DNA from: a bacterium
GTDB lineage: Bacteria > SAR324 > XYD2-FULL-50-16 > G965216635
DNA: 64,000 nt
Direction: 5' to 3'
Assembly: GCA_965216635.1 (NCBI GenBank)
Contig: OZ244188.1
Location: 32,001 to 96,000 of the forward strand
The translations under genes and the position numbers were made by a program. Under the pieces are notes generated by a model. That model had not been told where the DNA came from. It was given only the letters and a program-made list of their open reading frames with translations, and did no database searches. Below, one piece after another: positions 49,522 through 59,567 of this stretch (positions are counted from its first letter, which is position 1; each line of letters opens with the position of its first letter).

Positions 49522-49992
49522 ATGACAAGACCGTGCACAGCTACTGGGTATAAAAACTTAAAAAATGAACTAGAGCAGTTCATTCAAAAAGAAAGACCCA
49601 AAGTAATAGCAGAAATCGCAGAAGCTAGAAGTCACGGCGATTTAAAAGAAAACGCAGAATATCACGCTGCAAAAGAAAAACAAGGATGGATAGAATCCAA
49701 AATAGCTCAGCTTAATCAATCCCTATCCGAATTGGAAATAATAGATGTAGCTGCTATAAAATCTACAAAAATTCAATTTGGAGCTACAGTAAAATACGAA
49801 AATATTGATACTGAAAAAATATCCGAATGGCAGCTTGTTTCTTCCGAAGAAGCCGATGTCCAAGAAAAAAAAATGTCTCTCGCCTCTCCTATCGCAAAAA
49901 ATTTATTAGGCAAAGAAGTAGGAGATTATGTAGAAATTCGTATCCCTAAAGGCATCATTAATCTTAAAATCCTAGAAATCAAATATATTTGA
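49522..49992 (+). CDS. greA: Transcription elongation factor GreA
   Basis: ARSHGDLKENAEYHAAKE, SPIAKNLLGK. Confidence 0.96.
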   Translation: MTRPCTATGYKNLKNELEQFIQKERPKVIAEIAEARSHGDLKENAEYHAAKEKQGWIESKIAQLNQSLSELEIIDVAAIKSTKIQFGATVKYENIDTEKISEWQLVSSEEADVQEKKMSLASPIAKNLLGKEVGDYVEIRIPKGIINLKILEIKYI

Positions 49993-50135
49993 TAGAGCTT
50001 TGAATTTGCCAAATAGGACAAAACCAGCTGTGACGGCTAGACAAGGCAAAAAATTTTATTCTACAGAAAAAACAATACTTATTTACTAAAATATTTCATT
50101 AAAATAATTTTTTGTGTATAATTATTAAATAATTC

Positions 50136-50465
50136 TTGATTTTTAATAAAAAAGTGATAGAATCTACTACGAACCATAAAGTTAAAGAAATTTCTTTCGA
50201 GCAAAATGCAATGAAAATTATTTGGCAAAATGGAGAAATATCAAAATTACTATTTCGCTTTTTGCGTCTTCATTGTCCTTGTGCTTCGTGTGTTGACGAA
50301 TTGACTGGTGAGAAAATTTTAGACGAAAAAAAAATTTCATCAGATATAATTCCGCTGGAGAGCCATTACATAGGAAATTATGCACTTAAAATAAAATGGA
50401 GCGACAACCATGATACTGGCATTTATTCCTTTAAAAATCTGTATCAATTATGCAAACAAATATAA
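50136..50465 (+). CDS. DUF971 (GBBH-like N-terminal) protein
   Basis: LRLHCPCASC...GNYALKIKWSDNHDTGIYSF; start codon uncertain. Confidence 0.88.
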   Translation: MIFNKKVIESTTNHKVKEISFEQNAMKIIWQNGEISKLLFRFLRLHCPCASCVDELTGEKILDEKKISSDIIPLESHYIGNYALKIKWSDNHDTGIYSFKNLYQLCKQI

Positions 50466-53011
50466 GAACTCACATTAAATTTGCCGAAAAACTACCAGGG
50501 TTGAAAAAGAAATGGCACGATTTTTTTGGTGAATATGGAGAAAAAAATGAAAATATAAAAGTTTTCAACAAGAGAAATTTACAAATAAGAAGCACAAGAT
50601 ATTGGTTTTATCTGCTTCACACCACAGGAGCAGATTGTTGGAATTTTTTTGTAAAATATTGTATTCAAAAAGACGGATTTTTTGGAGCTGATTTTTCAGG
50701 TTTTATTTTTGATGAATCGGTGAATTTTGAGAGGTTTAATCTTGAAAATGTAGATTTTTCCGATACTTTTTTTAAAGTTCCTGCTAATTTTAGAGGTGCA
50801 AAATTTTCCAAAACTGCTAATTTTTCTACAAGCACCTTCTCGCAAAAAGCAAATTTTCAAGATACCTATTTTGAACACGCTATTTTTGCTCATTCCCGTT
50901 TTCAAGACACAGCAAATTTTAGTAAATCTCAATTCCAAGAGGCGAATTTCAACCAAGCTGTATTCCAAAAAACTACAAATTTTTCTGGAGCAGATTTTAA
51001 AAAGTTGTATTTTGTGGGAACAGTTTTTTCTCCCGAGCTGGATTTTTCTAGAGCAACATTTTATCAAGAGTTAAATCTTAGAGAGAGTAATTTACAACAG
51101 GTAGAAAATATTCTTTTTGAAAAAACAAAATTCTTAAAACAGACAGACTTCCAAAAATGTAATTTTCTAGTAGTTAGTTTTTCAGGAGCAGAATTTCAGC
51201 AAGCAGTAGATTTTTCTGATGCAAATTTTCAAAAAAAGGCGAATTTTAGCGGAGTTAAATTCTTGCAAGAAGCGCGATTCTTAAAAACTACTTTTCACCA
51301 AGAGATTTATTTTTCCAATGTAATTTGTGAAAAAAAGACTAGCTTTGCGGGTAGTATCTTTTATCAAAATGCCGATTTTCAAGGACTGCAATCTAATGGA
51401 GAGCTATATTTTAACGATACTCTCTTTAAAGAAGAAGCTATATTTAGAAATTACCAATCTAAAAACTTTACCAGTTTTAAGAAAGCTTGTTTTGAGCAAC
51501 TTGTAGAACTTAGGATAGATGAAAATCACGACAAACAACTAATAGATTTCACAGAAGTTCAAATACAATATAACCCCAAAACCAAATGGGCAGTAGACTA
51601 TGGCACTCTATTAAAAATACAACAACTCCGCCACCTAGCTTGGAGATTGCAAGACAAAAAGTTAAATCGCAACCTATCCCAGTTAGAAAGACGCGCTAGA
51701 AGAGGAGTAAAGATCAATCAACTTTTTTCACAAATAAAACGTTTTTGGCGGACAGATAAAAAAGATTCTGGTTTTTGGGATTATTTTTTAAAACCTATTT
51801 TTTTTATTTTTTTTGCGATTCCGTGGAGCATTCGTTTTTTGCTGTTTTGGCCCCTAGGACAATTGTCTGTATTCTTTTATGGGACAAGAAGCTACAACAA
51901 CTATATTAGAGGTTTATTTTTTTTAATTCTTTCTTATCCTGTTTTCTACTTTTTATACACCCAAACCGCACTGCAGCAAGAAGGAATAGTCCTTGGTAGT
52001 TGCAACAGAAACGAAACCTATACTTTTATCCTACAACACTACTTACCCTTTGTAGATAATTGGACATCGTACCTCCAAAATTGTTTTGCTGGTGCTATCC
52101 CTCTCAAAACCTATAACATAGTTGTTGCGCAATCTATATTTTCCATTTTAATCACTTTTTTTACGCTGCCACCCTTACTAGAAAATATTTCCAGCAGAAT
52201 ACGATCCGCTACAAAAAAGACAGTTCCAAGTGCCGCACTAGCTGTCCCTAAAAGATTAAACCCCGCCGAAGAAACAGCTACACTTACTCTGCCAGGTTCA
52301 GATACTACTCCCGTTGGTTTAGGCGAACAACCTAGCCTAGAAACAAGAAAAATCCGAGATGAATATGGCGAACAACCTAGCCTAGAAACAAGAAAAATCC
52401 GAGATGAATATGGCGAACAACCTAGCCTAGAAACAAGAAAAATCCGAGATGAAGATGGCGAACAACCTAGCCCAGAAACAAGAAAAATCCGAGATGAAGA
52501 TGGCGAACAACCTAGCCTAGAAATAAGAAAAATCCGAGATGAAGATATTGTAGGCAGTCCTGATACAACAAAAACAGCATCTAAAGCCATTATTTCGCCT
52601 CTAGCTAAACCAGTAGAAACACCTGTTGTTAATCATAAACCCCACCTCTTTGTTCCCGATCCAGATTCTAATCTCAAGACTAACAAACAGAGCATCGGAT
52701 CTGATACAACAAAAACAGCATCTAAAGCCATTATTTCACCTCTAGCTAAACCAGTAGAAACACCTGTTGTTAATCATAAACCCCACCTCTTTGTTCCCGA
52801 TCCAGATTTTAATTTCAAGACTAACAAACAGAGCATCTATTTTGAGAAAAATTTTAAAAAACGATTTTCTTCCCAGTGGCCGCACCCTCTTCTAAAATCA
52901 CTTATGAAAGAAAATAAGATACAAGAGCCTAAAGTTGTAACGCAAATAAATAAGACAGAAGAAAAAAGAAGAACTTTTAGGAGTGCAGAATATAATACTG
53001 AAAAAACATAA
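50450..53011 (+). CDS. Pentapeptide-repeat membrane protein with repetitive C-terminal tail
   Basis: AxFxxAxF repeats, hydrophobic segments, then 15-aa and 47-aa tandem repeats. Confidence 0.85.
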   Translation: MQTNIRTHIKFAEKLPGLKKKWHDFFGEYGEKNENIKVFNKRNLQIRSTRYWFYLLHTTGADCWNFFVKYCIQKDGFFGADFSGFIFDESVNFERFNLENVDFSDTFFKVPANFRGAKFSKTANFSTSTFSQKANFQDTYFEHAIFAHSRFQDTANFSKSQFQEANFNQAVFQKTTNFSGADFKKLYFVGTVFSPELDFSRATFYQELNLRESNLQQVENILFEKTKFLKQTDFQKCNFLVVSFSGAEFQQAVDFSDANFQKKANFSGVKFLQEARFLKTTFHQEIYFSNVICEKKTSFAGSIFYQNADFQGLQSNGELYFNDTLFKEEAIFRNYQSKNFTSFKKACFEQLVELRIDENHDKQLIDFTEVQIQYNPKTKWAVDYGTLLKIQQLRHLAWRLQDKKLNRNLSQLERRARRGVKINQLFSQIKRFWRTDKKDSGFWDYFLKPIFFIFFAIPWSIRFLLFWPLGQLSVFFYGTRSYNNYIRGLFFLILSYPVFYFLYTQTALQQEGIVLGSCNRNETYTFILQHYLPFVDNWTSYLQNCFAGAIPLKTYNIVVAQSIFSILITFFTLPPLLENISSRIRSATKKTVPSAALAVPKRLNPAEETATLTLPGSDTTPVGLGEQPSLETRKIRDEYGEQPSLETRKIRDEYGEQPSLETRKIRDEDGEQPSPETRKIRDEDGEQPSLEIRKIRDEDIVGSPDTTKTASKAIISPLAKPVETPVVNHKPHLFVPDPDSNLKTNKQSIGSDTTKTASKAIISPLAKPVETPVVNHKPHLFVPDPDFNFKTNKQSIYFEKNFKKRFSSQWPHPLLKSLMKENKIQEPKVVTQINKTEEKRRTFRSAEYNTEKT
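52322..52837 (+). repeat. In-frame tandem repeats: 45 bp x5 then 141 bp x2
   Basis: GEQPSLETRKIRDE(Y/D) x5 at 52322..52546; DTTKTASK...KQSI starting at 52561 and 52702. Confidence 0.95.
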
Positions 53012-53093
53012 TCTCAATATAATATTCCAACAGCAACAAAAAAGAATGGACTGTTGTATTAGATAAAATTCATCAAAAATTGGGGGCTTATTT

Positions 53094-54965
53094 TTAGGAT
53101 TTTTTGAGGTGATTGTCTAAATTCTTCAACATCATCTTGTTAATCCTAGGAATCATAGAACTGATTTGCTCGTTTGCTTCTTCTATTAATTCGGAATTGT
53201 CAAAAAGCTGTTCTGCCACATCTTTTAAGATCTCATCTTTAGAATTTAGAGAATGGATTTTTTTTAGTTTTTGGATAAGCGGGTTTTTTAGGTTGATTTC
53301 CAGTACCTTCTTCGGTTTCTTGAAATCTTTCTGTGTCATTTGCATCATTCTTTCCATCGCTGGATTCATTGCATTTTTAGAACTGACTAAGGTGCATGGG
53401 CTATCCACTAGTCTTTTAGAGACCGTTACATCTTCTACCTTGTCTTCTAAAATTTCCTTAAACCGTTTTAGTAATTTTTCTTCGGAATCCGTGTGTGGTT
53501 GTTTTTTTTCTTTAGATTCTTTTTCTTTGCCTGTCTCCGATTCTTCTTCTAGTTTTGCCTTGTCAATGGGAACTAACGTCACTTCTTTATAGGTGCCGAT
53601 AGCGGGCATAATAATTTCATCTATTTCTTGGTAAAGATAAAGAATTTCTATATCGTTCTTTAAAAAATACTCTACATTGGGGTGAGCTTCAATAATGGAA
53701 GCATTCATTCCTTGAATATAATAAATTTCTTTTGTATCTTTTTTTCTGCGCTCTATAACCTCGCTCAACGCAACTAATTTTTCTGGACTTTTAGAACTAT
53801 GGGTATGATAAATTTCTAACAATTTGTCTTTATTTTCAAAATCTCCATAGATTCCTTCTTTAAGAAATTGCCCGAAATTTTCCCATAACTGAAAAAATTT
53901 TTCTTTTTCTGATTTGGCAATTTTTTGAAATTCTGTAATAACTTTTTTCACAACTAACTTGGAAATTTTGGCTACAACAGGACTAGTTTGAATCACCTCG
54001 CGAGAAATATTGAGGGGTAAATCTTCACTATCTATGACTCCGTAAATAAATCTCATCCATTGAGGAACTAGATCTTTACAATCGTCTTGGATAAAAACCT
54101 TTTTAATATAGAGGTGCAAGCGGTGAAGCTCTTGATTATCTGGGTGAAAAGGATTGACTTCTTTGTCCTTTGAAGTGAAAAGTAATGCACTAAACTGCAC
54201 AGGAGCTTCTACAGAATAATGAATCGTTAGTAAAGGTTCTCCTTGCGTTCCAGAAAGTTGTTGAAAGAATTTTTTGTAGTCTTCTTCTTTGACTACGGAT
54301 TTTGATTTTCGCCAAATAGCTTCGGGCTGGTTTTTTTGTTCTCCGTTAAGCTCTATTGGAAAAGGAACGAAATTAGAATATTTTTGAATAAGGTTTGTCA
54401 ATCTAAAATCATTCGCAAAATCCTCTTCTTCTTTTTTCAGCGTAAAAATAATTTTTGTACCACGGGTTTTTTTCTCTATAGGCTCAATGGTATAATTACT
54501 TTTACCTTCGGATACCCAACGGTGGGCGTCCTTGCTTTTATAATGTTTAGATTCTACAACGACCCTATCTGTTACCATAAAGACAGAATAAAAACCGACT
54601 CCAAATTTTCCAATCTGTTCAAGGTTTTGTTCTTTTTTAAGATTTTTTAAAAACTGCAAAGTTCCAGATTTGGCAATAGTGCCTATATTTTCTTGCAATT
54701 CTTTTTTATCCATTCCAACGCCATTATCTTCTATTTCTAATGTTTTTTCTTTCTCGTGGAAGCGAATACGGATCTTAAATTCTGTATCTTCTCCTAAAAT
54801 CTTTGCATCGGTTAAAGCCAAAAAGCGAATTTTATTCAATGCATCTGCTGCATTAGAGATTAACTCTCTCAAAAAAATTTCTTTATTGGTATAAAGTGCA
54901 TTTGCTAGCAAATCCAGCAGTTGCTCTATTTCTGTTTTGAATTGGTAAGTTTGTTTTTCTGCCAT
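53094..54965 (-). CDS. htpG: Molecular chaperone HtpG (Hsp90)
   Basis: EIFLRELISNAADA, DNGVGM, GTIAKSGT, IGKFGVGFYS, DSEDLPLNISRE. Confidence 0.98.
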   Translation of the reverse strand: MAEKQTYQFKTEIEQLLDLLANALYTNKEIFLRELISNAADALNKIRFLALTDAKILGEDTEFKIRIRFHEKEKTLEIEDNGVGMDKKELQENIGTIAKSGTLQFLKNLKKEQNLEQIGKFGVGFYSVFMVTDRVVVESKHYKSKDAHRWVSEGKSNYTIEPIEKKTRGTKIIFTLKKEEEDFANDFRLTNLIQKYSNFVPFPIELNGEQKNQPEAIWRKSKSVVKEEDYKKFFQQLSGTQGEPLLTIHYSVEAPVQFSALLFTSKDKEVNPFHPDNQELHRLHLYIKKVFIQDDCKDLVPQWMRFIYGVIDSEDLPLNISREVIQTSPVVAKISKLVVKKVITEFQKIAKSEKEKFFQLWENFGQFLKEGIYGDFENKDKLLEIYHTHSSKSPEKLVALSEVIERRKKDTKEIYYIQGMNASIIEAHPNVEYFLKNDIEILYLYQEIDEIIMPAIGTYKEVTLVPIDKAKLEEESETGKEKESKEKKQPHTDSEEKLLKRFKEILEDKVEDVTVSKRLVDSPCTLVSSKNAMNPAMERMMQMTQKDFKKPKKVLEINLKNPLIQKLKKIHSLNSKDEILKDVAEQLFDNSELIEEANEQISSMIPRINKMMLKNLDNHLKKS

Positions 54966-55008
54966 ATTAATAAGTTAAGTTTGAGTTTAAGTTTAAAAAA
55001 TTCGGTTC

Positions 55009-55605
55009 TTATTTTATCCAGTTTGCCGCTTGTAGACCTTCTATAATAAGGTAAACTCCAAAAGAAACCAAAAGAAAAGCCGTAAAATAGCCGAATTTTT
55101 TAGGGGATATTTTGCTACCCTGTTTGCCTATCGTTCCCCAAAAAAACACCCCAAAATAAAAAAGAGGTAGTGATATTAGATAAAACACTACCATATTGAT
55201 AGGTAGCGAAGCACTGTAATTAGCGGATAAAGATCCTACTGGAACCGTAGTCCAAAATTTAGGATTACTCCAACCCAATAAAACCATCGCTTTCCAGTTA
55301 AAATGGAATGTTTTTTTAGCTAGTGTAGCATGAAAATTTTTGTAGGCAAAATAAAAAATAAATAAAGCTCCTACAAAATACAAAATGATAAATATATCTT
55401 TGTTCCAGATCCCTACAATATTGACTAAAAAAACAATCAATAGGGTTTGTGGCATACCACCGAAAATTTGAAAGAGACTATAGTTTTTATAAATCTCTTT
55501 AAAAGTCATAGTTTTTGCTGTTGCCATTACAGCAGCCCAAAAAGGACCTATTGAAAAAACAAAGCTTGCCCAAAATACAACGCTTGCAATAATTGATTCA
55601 ACCAT
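55009..55605 (-). CDS. LysE-family translocator
   Basis: SIGP, about 6 TM, WSNPK. Confidence 0.75.
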   Translation of the reverse strand: MVESIIASVVFWASFVFSIGPFWAAVMATAKTMTFKEIYKNYSLFQIFGGMPQTLLIVFLVNIVGIWNKDIFIILYFVGALFIFYFAYKNFHATLAKKTFHFNWKAMVLLGWSNPKFWTTVPVGSLSANYSASLPINMVVFYLISLPLFYFGVFFWGTIGKQGSKISPKKFGYFTAFLLVSFGVYLIIEGLQAANWIK

Positions 55606-55666
55606 TTTTTTTGTGATACAAACGAAGTAAAATAATATAAACTAGGGAAAATTTTATTGAGATTCA

Positions 55667-56428
55667 ATGAAAAAATACTATTTTAGCTACGGTTCCAACC
55701 TTTGTCAAGCCCAAATGAAAGAAAGATGTCCGGAATCTAATCCTATTTGTGCTGCTTTGCTGACGGGCTACCAGCTTTGCTTTGACGAATATAGTTCTCG
55801 CTGGGGTGGTGGGGCTGCTACCATCGTAAAAAATAAAACCAAACTTAAAAACCAAGTCCCCAATGGTTTAGTTGCCAGTGGTTTAGTTACCGGCGGTTTA
55901 GTTGCTGGTGGCTTATACCAGCTCACAGAAAAAGACGAAAAAAAACTGGATGGTTTTGAAAAGGTGCCTATGGTTTATAAAAAAATAACAATCTATATCA
56001 AAGGCTATCCTAAAAATAGTATTTTTACCTATATTAAACCTTTGAAATACAATCTTGCTCCATCTACAATCTATCTGACTAAAATAGTTCAAGGGTATTT
56101 AGATTTTGGACTGGACTTTTGCTATCTAAATGAAGTTCTCGTTCGTTCGGGTTATGTAGGAAATGCTGTCTTTTTGGAAAAAGATGCAATAGCTTCCTTA
56201 AAATTTTTAAAACAGCCGAATTTTCGTTTGCCTAGCCTTCATAAAACGAAAAATGCTAAAACAACAAATGGAGAAATATTTTATTACGATAACCAAAAAA
56301 ACTCTTTACTTTACGTTTTAAATGAATTAGATAAATACTACTCAAGTAAGTTTACCAGAAAAATAGCACTTTTTACGACAAATAAGGTAAAAACAACGAT
56401 TGCTGCTTGGCATTACGAAAAAAAATAA
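55667..56428 (+). CDS. Gamma-glutamylcyclotransferase family protein
   Basis: YFSYGSNL, GGAATI, LDGFE, PSTIYL. Confidence 0.87.
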   Translation: MKKYYFSYGSNLCQAQMKERCPESNPICAALLTGYQLCFDEYSSRWGGGAATIVKNKTKLKNQVPNGLVASGLVTGGLVAGGLYQLTEKDEKKLDGFEKVPMVYKKITIYIKGYPKNSIFTYIKPLKYNLAPSTIYLTKIVQGYLDFGLDFCYLNEVLVRSGYVGNAVFLEKDAIASLKFLKQPNFRLPSLHKTKNAKTTNGEIFYYDNQKNSLLYVLNELDKYYSSKFTRKIALFTTNKVKTTIAAWHYEKK

Positions 56429-56455
56429 ATAGCCAAAAAAATAAATAGCCAAAAA

Positions 56456-56854
56456 ATGAATAGACTTGCTGTTTTGTTAGTAACTATGTTATTCTTGGGA
56501 ACTAGTAGTCTGCTATCCCAAAACCTGCTCCGTGAGGGTAATTGGGAAAAAATAGATTATAGGGCAAAAGGGAAATGGAAAATCATCCAAAAATCAGATG
56601 GTTTTTATGTGCAATTAACGGATGATTTCAAAACATCATCAGGACCAGATTTGCATATTCTTTTTTCTAAACATAAAGTATCAGAATTAACTAATTCTAA
56701 TACGTCTCCTAGCTCTGTAATTATCGCAGTACTAAAAAGCAACAAAGGAGCTCAAGAATTTAAGATCCCTGAAAATATAGATTGGCAGAATTACCGCTCA
56801 ATAGTAATTCATTGTGTGGCTTATTCGCATTTGTGGGCGGGTGCCAATTTTTAG
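56456..56854 (+). CDS. DM13 domain secreted protein
   Basis: Signal peptide, FKTSSGPDLHI, LKSNKGAQ, SIVIHC. Confidence 0.85.
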   Translation: MNRLAVLLVTMLFLGTSSLLSQNLLREGNWEKIDYRAKGKWKIIQKSDGFYVQLTDDFKTSSGPDLHILFSKHKVSELTNSNTSPSSVIIAVLKSNKGAQEFKIPENIDWQNYRSIVIHCVAYSHLWAGANF

Positions 56855-56872
56855 ACTAAAATTATAATTAAA

Positions 56873-57367
56873 ATGAGTATAGACAAAGAAAATATAAAAC
56901 AAGAGGCGTCTAAACTGGTAAAATATAGTAAAGATTACCCTCCTGTGGGGGTTGTAGATATATCTCACAGTCTAAAGTATAAAGTCTACCATTTAGATAC
57001 AAATATTAATAATTCCCTTTCAGGTAAAGTTGACTATAAGGAAAAAAAAATTTACGTTAACTCTTTAGAGCCCAAGCAAAGACAACGATTTACTATAGCA
57101 CACGAAATAGGTCATATCATTTTGCACGAAAAAATAAATGGCAGTAATAATCGGGAAACTAGGGATAAAGATTTGATGGTTCAATCTAATTCTATTGAAG
57201 AAATAGAAGCTAACATTTTTGCGTCCCATTTACTTATGCCAGATGATGAATTTTATAACCAGTGGAAATTCAATGGAGGTTCGTTAAATATAACAGCAAA
57301 TTATTTTTTTGTATCTTTGTTAGCTGCAAATATTAAAGCAAATTCTCTGCACCTAACATCAATATAG
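56873..57367 (+). CDS. ImmA/IrrE-family metallopeptidase
   Basis: RQRFTIAHEIGH, EIEANIFASHLLMP, FFVS. Confidence 0.92.
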   Translation: MSIDKENIKQEASKLVKYSKDYPPVGVVDISHSLKYKVYHLDTNINNSLSGKVDYKEKKIYVNSLEPKQRQRFTIAHEIGHIILHEKINGSNNRETRDKDLMVQSNSIEEIEANIFASHLLMPDDEFYNQWKFNGGSLNITANYFFVSLLAANIKANSLHLTSI

Positions 57368-57633
57368 TATGATTAGAGAGTTATCTGAAGACTATTATAA
57401 AGGACAGTCAGAAGAAAAAATATTTACTTTAGAAAAAACTTTAAAAGATATTCAAAATAGGTTAGGAGGGTATAAAAAAGACTATGTATTGGGTATCAAT
57501 AGTTGTGATTACTATTGGCAATATTGTTTTTAATATCTTTTTTCAGTAAAAATGAAATAGACCTTTGAATTTATGTTATGCGACGGCTAGCCAAATGGTC
57601 TATTAAAACTTAAACCTTAACTAAAATACAATT

Positions 57634-58317
57634 ATGTTTAAAAAAATACTTCTTTTGGGAGTTTTAGCAGCAATTATTGCTTGCTACTTTATCTTTGATT
57701 TGGGAGCATACCTAAATCTTGCTTATCTGCAAGAAAAGAAAGATCAAATCGGTGCACTATACCAACAAAATCAAATTTTATTTTTGGTAAGTTTTTTTGT
57801 GGTTTATGTGGTCTCGGTTGCGGTATCAATACCGGGGGCGACAATTCTCACCCTTACTGCTGGTTTTCTTTTTGATAGGTTACTGGGGACTGTTTTAGTA
57901 TCTTTTGCTGCTTCTATAGGCGCTACTTTAGCGATGATTTTTGCTAGAGTCATACTCGGAGATACGTTACAAAAAAAATACCAAAAACAACTAGCTACCA
58001 TCAATCAAGGAATTGAAAAAGACGGTGTGCTTTATTTACTTTCTCTTCGTTTGATACCTTTATTTCCATTCTTTGTAATCAATTTATTGATGGGACTAAC
58101 TACAATGTCTGTGAGTAGATTTTATCTTTTCACTCAACTAGGAGCTTTGCCCGGCACTTTCGTTTATGTGAACGCTGGAACTGCCCTATCTAAAATCAAT
58201 AATGTTGGCGATATTGTGAGCTTGGAAATTCTTTTATCTTTTGCTGCGCTTGGTATTTTGCCCCTATTCATCAAGTTTGCCGTTATGCCATTAATTATTA
58301 AATTCAAAAACAAATGA
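57634..58317 (+). CDS. TVP38/TMEM64 (DedA/VTT) membrane protein
   Basis: SIPGATILTL.AG, LRLIPLFPFFVINL, LPGTFVYVNAG. Confidence 0.92.
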   Translation: MFKKILLLGVLAAIIACYFIFDLGAYLNLAYLQEKKDQIGALYQQNQILFLVSFFVVYVVSVAVSIPGATILTLTAGFLFDRLLGTVLVSFAASIGATLAMIFARVILGDTLQKKYQKQLATINQGIEKDGVLYLLSLRLIPLFPFFVINLLMGLTTMSVSRFYLFTQLGALPGTFVYVNAGTALSKINNVGDIVSLEILLSFAALGILPLFIKFAVMPLIIKFKNK

Positions 58318-59252
58318 AAGAGATCGCCCCCCAAACCTATCTTATAGATACCCAATATGTGAGAGAAGGGTTTAATGCTGTTTATTTGGTTGTTTGTCAA
58401 GGCAAGGGATTGCTTGTAGACTGTGGTACCGCTCATTCTGTTTGCCATATTGAAAAAGCTATTGCCGAGGTAGGATTGAGTTGGGAGCAGCTGGATACTG
58501 TTGTCCTGACTCATGTGCATTTGGATCACGCTGCTGGTTCTGGATTGATTATGCAAAAAGCTAAAAATGCAAAGTTGTATGTGCATCCCAGAGGATACCG
58601 ACATTTAATAGATCCCACAAAATTGATTGCTGGCACCCAAGAAGTTTATGCATCTCAACCCATAGAGGAACTATTTGGAAAGATGCTAGCCTGTCCCGAA
58701 GAAAGATTGATACAAGCGGAAAATAACCAAGAAATAGATTTTTTTGGGAGAAAATTTCTTATTCATCATAGCCCTGGACACGCCAAGCACCATTTAAGTC
58801 TCTTGGATTTGAAACAAAGAATTTATTTTTCTGGAGACTCTACTGGAGTTTGTTATCGTAGATGGGATAGAGACAAAAAAATTTTTGCTTTTTTACCGAC
58901 TGTTCCCAATCAATTTGAGCCTGAGATATGGAAAAAAACAATTCAAGAAATCAGACACTTCAACCCACAAAAAATTTGTTTGACTCATTTTGGGATAACA
59001 GAGCAAGTAAATTCACTTCTATCACAAATAGAAAATCTACTAGATAAATTTGTTGCTTTAGCTCTAAAACACAAAGACTTTACCACAAAAAGAAAGCAAA
59101 CAATAACCTCTGATTTATTAGAATTGTTATTTTCCTCGCTGATGGAAGAAGATAGCAGCCTAGAAAAAACAGAAATTAAAGAATGGTTTAGCAAAGATAT
59201 TTATCTTGCCGCTTTTGGGCTAGATCATTGGTTGAGTATTCCAAAAAAGTAA
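58314..59252 (+). CDS. MBL-fold metallo-hydrolase
   Basis: THVHLDHAAG, VHPRG, PGHAKHH, FSGD, LTHFG. Confidence 0.93.
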   Translation: MKEIAPQTYLIDTQYVREGFNAVYLVVCQGKGLLVDCGTAHSVCHIEKAIAEVGLSWEQLDTVVLTHVHLDHAAGSGLIMQKAKNAKLYVHPRGYRHLIDPTKLIAGTQEVYASQPIEELFGKMLACPEERLIQAENNQEIDFFGRKFLIHHSPGHAKHHLSLLDLKQRIYFSGDSTGVCYRRWDRDKKIFAFLPTVPNQFEPEIWKKTIQEIRHFNPQKICLTHFGITEQVNSLLSQIENLLDKFVALALKHKDFTTKRKQTITSDLLELLFSSLMEEDSSLEKTEIKEWFSKDIYLAAFGLDHWLSIPKK

Positions 59253-59319
59253 ATAGTCTAAGATAATGATACCTTTGAATTTTTTTTTCAGCTATCTTTC
59301 ACAAAGTTTTAAGAATAGT

Positions 59320-59521
59320 TTGCTATTGTTGTTTTTTTCTGTAATTATTCTTTATAAAAAATAAGCAAAAGCAGTAAAAATAAAAAGACGCCAATAGCCA
59401 ATAAATAGCTTGACAAAAAATGATTTTTTTGCAATTTTAATATAAAGAATAAGCAGTAAAAATAAAAAGATGTCAATAGCCACTAAATACTATTGACAAG
59501 ATTTTTTTTTTCTGCAATTCT
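59320..59521 (+). promoter_or_regulatory. Tandem array of three sigma70-like promoter units upstream of OMP copy 5
   Basis: TTGCTA 59320, TTGACA 59410, TTGACA 59493; each followed by 17 bp ending TGN and then AATT(A/T/C)T. Confidence 0.55.
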
Positions 59522-59567
59522 TTATGAAGTTTTGTTATTTAACCTAAATTTAATTATTTACACGATT

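Noticed and set aside
52111..53592. Two 159-aa ORFs (52111..52590 minus, 53113..53592 plus) and the many similar short overlapping ORFs in the track
   Set aside because: Antisense or alternate-frame shadows of well-supported genes.
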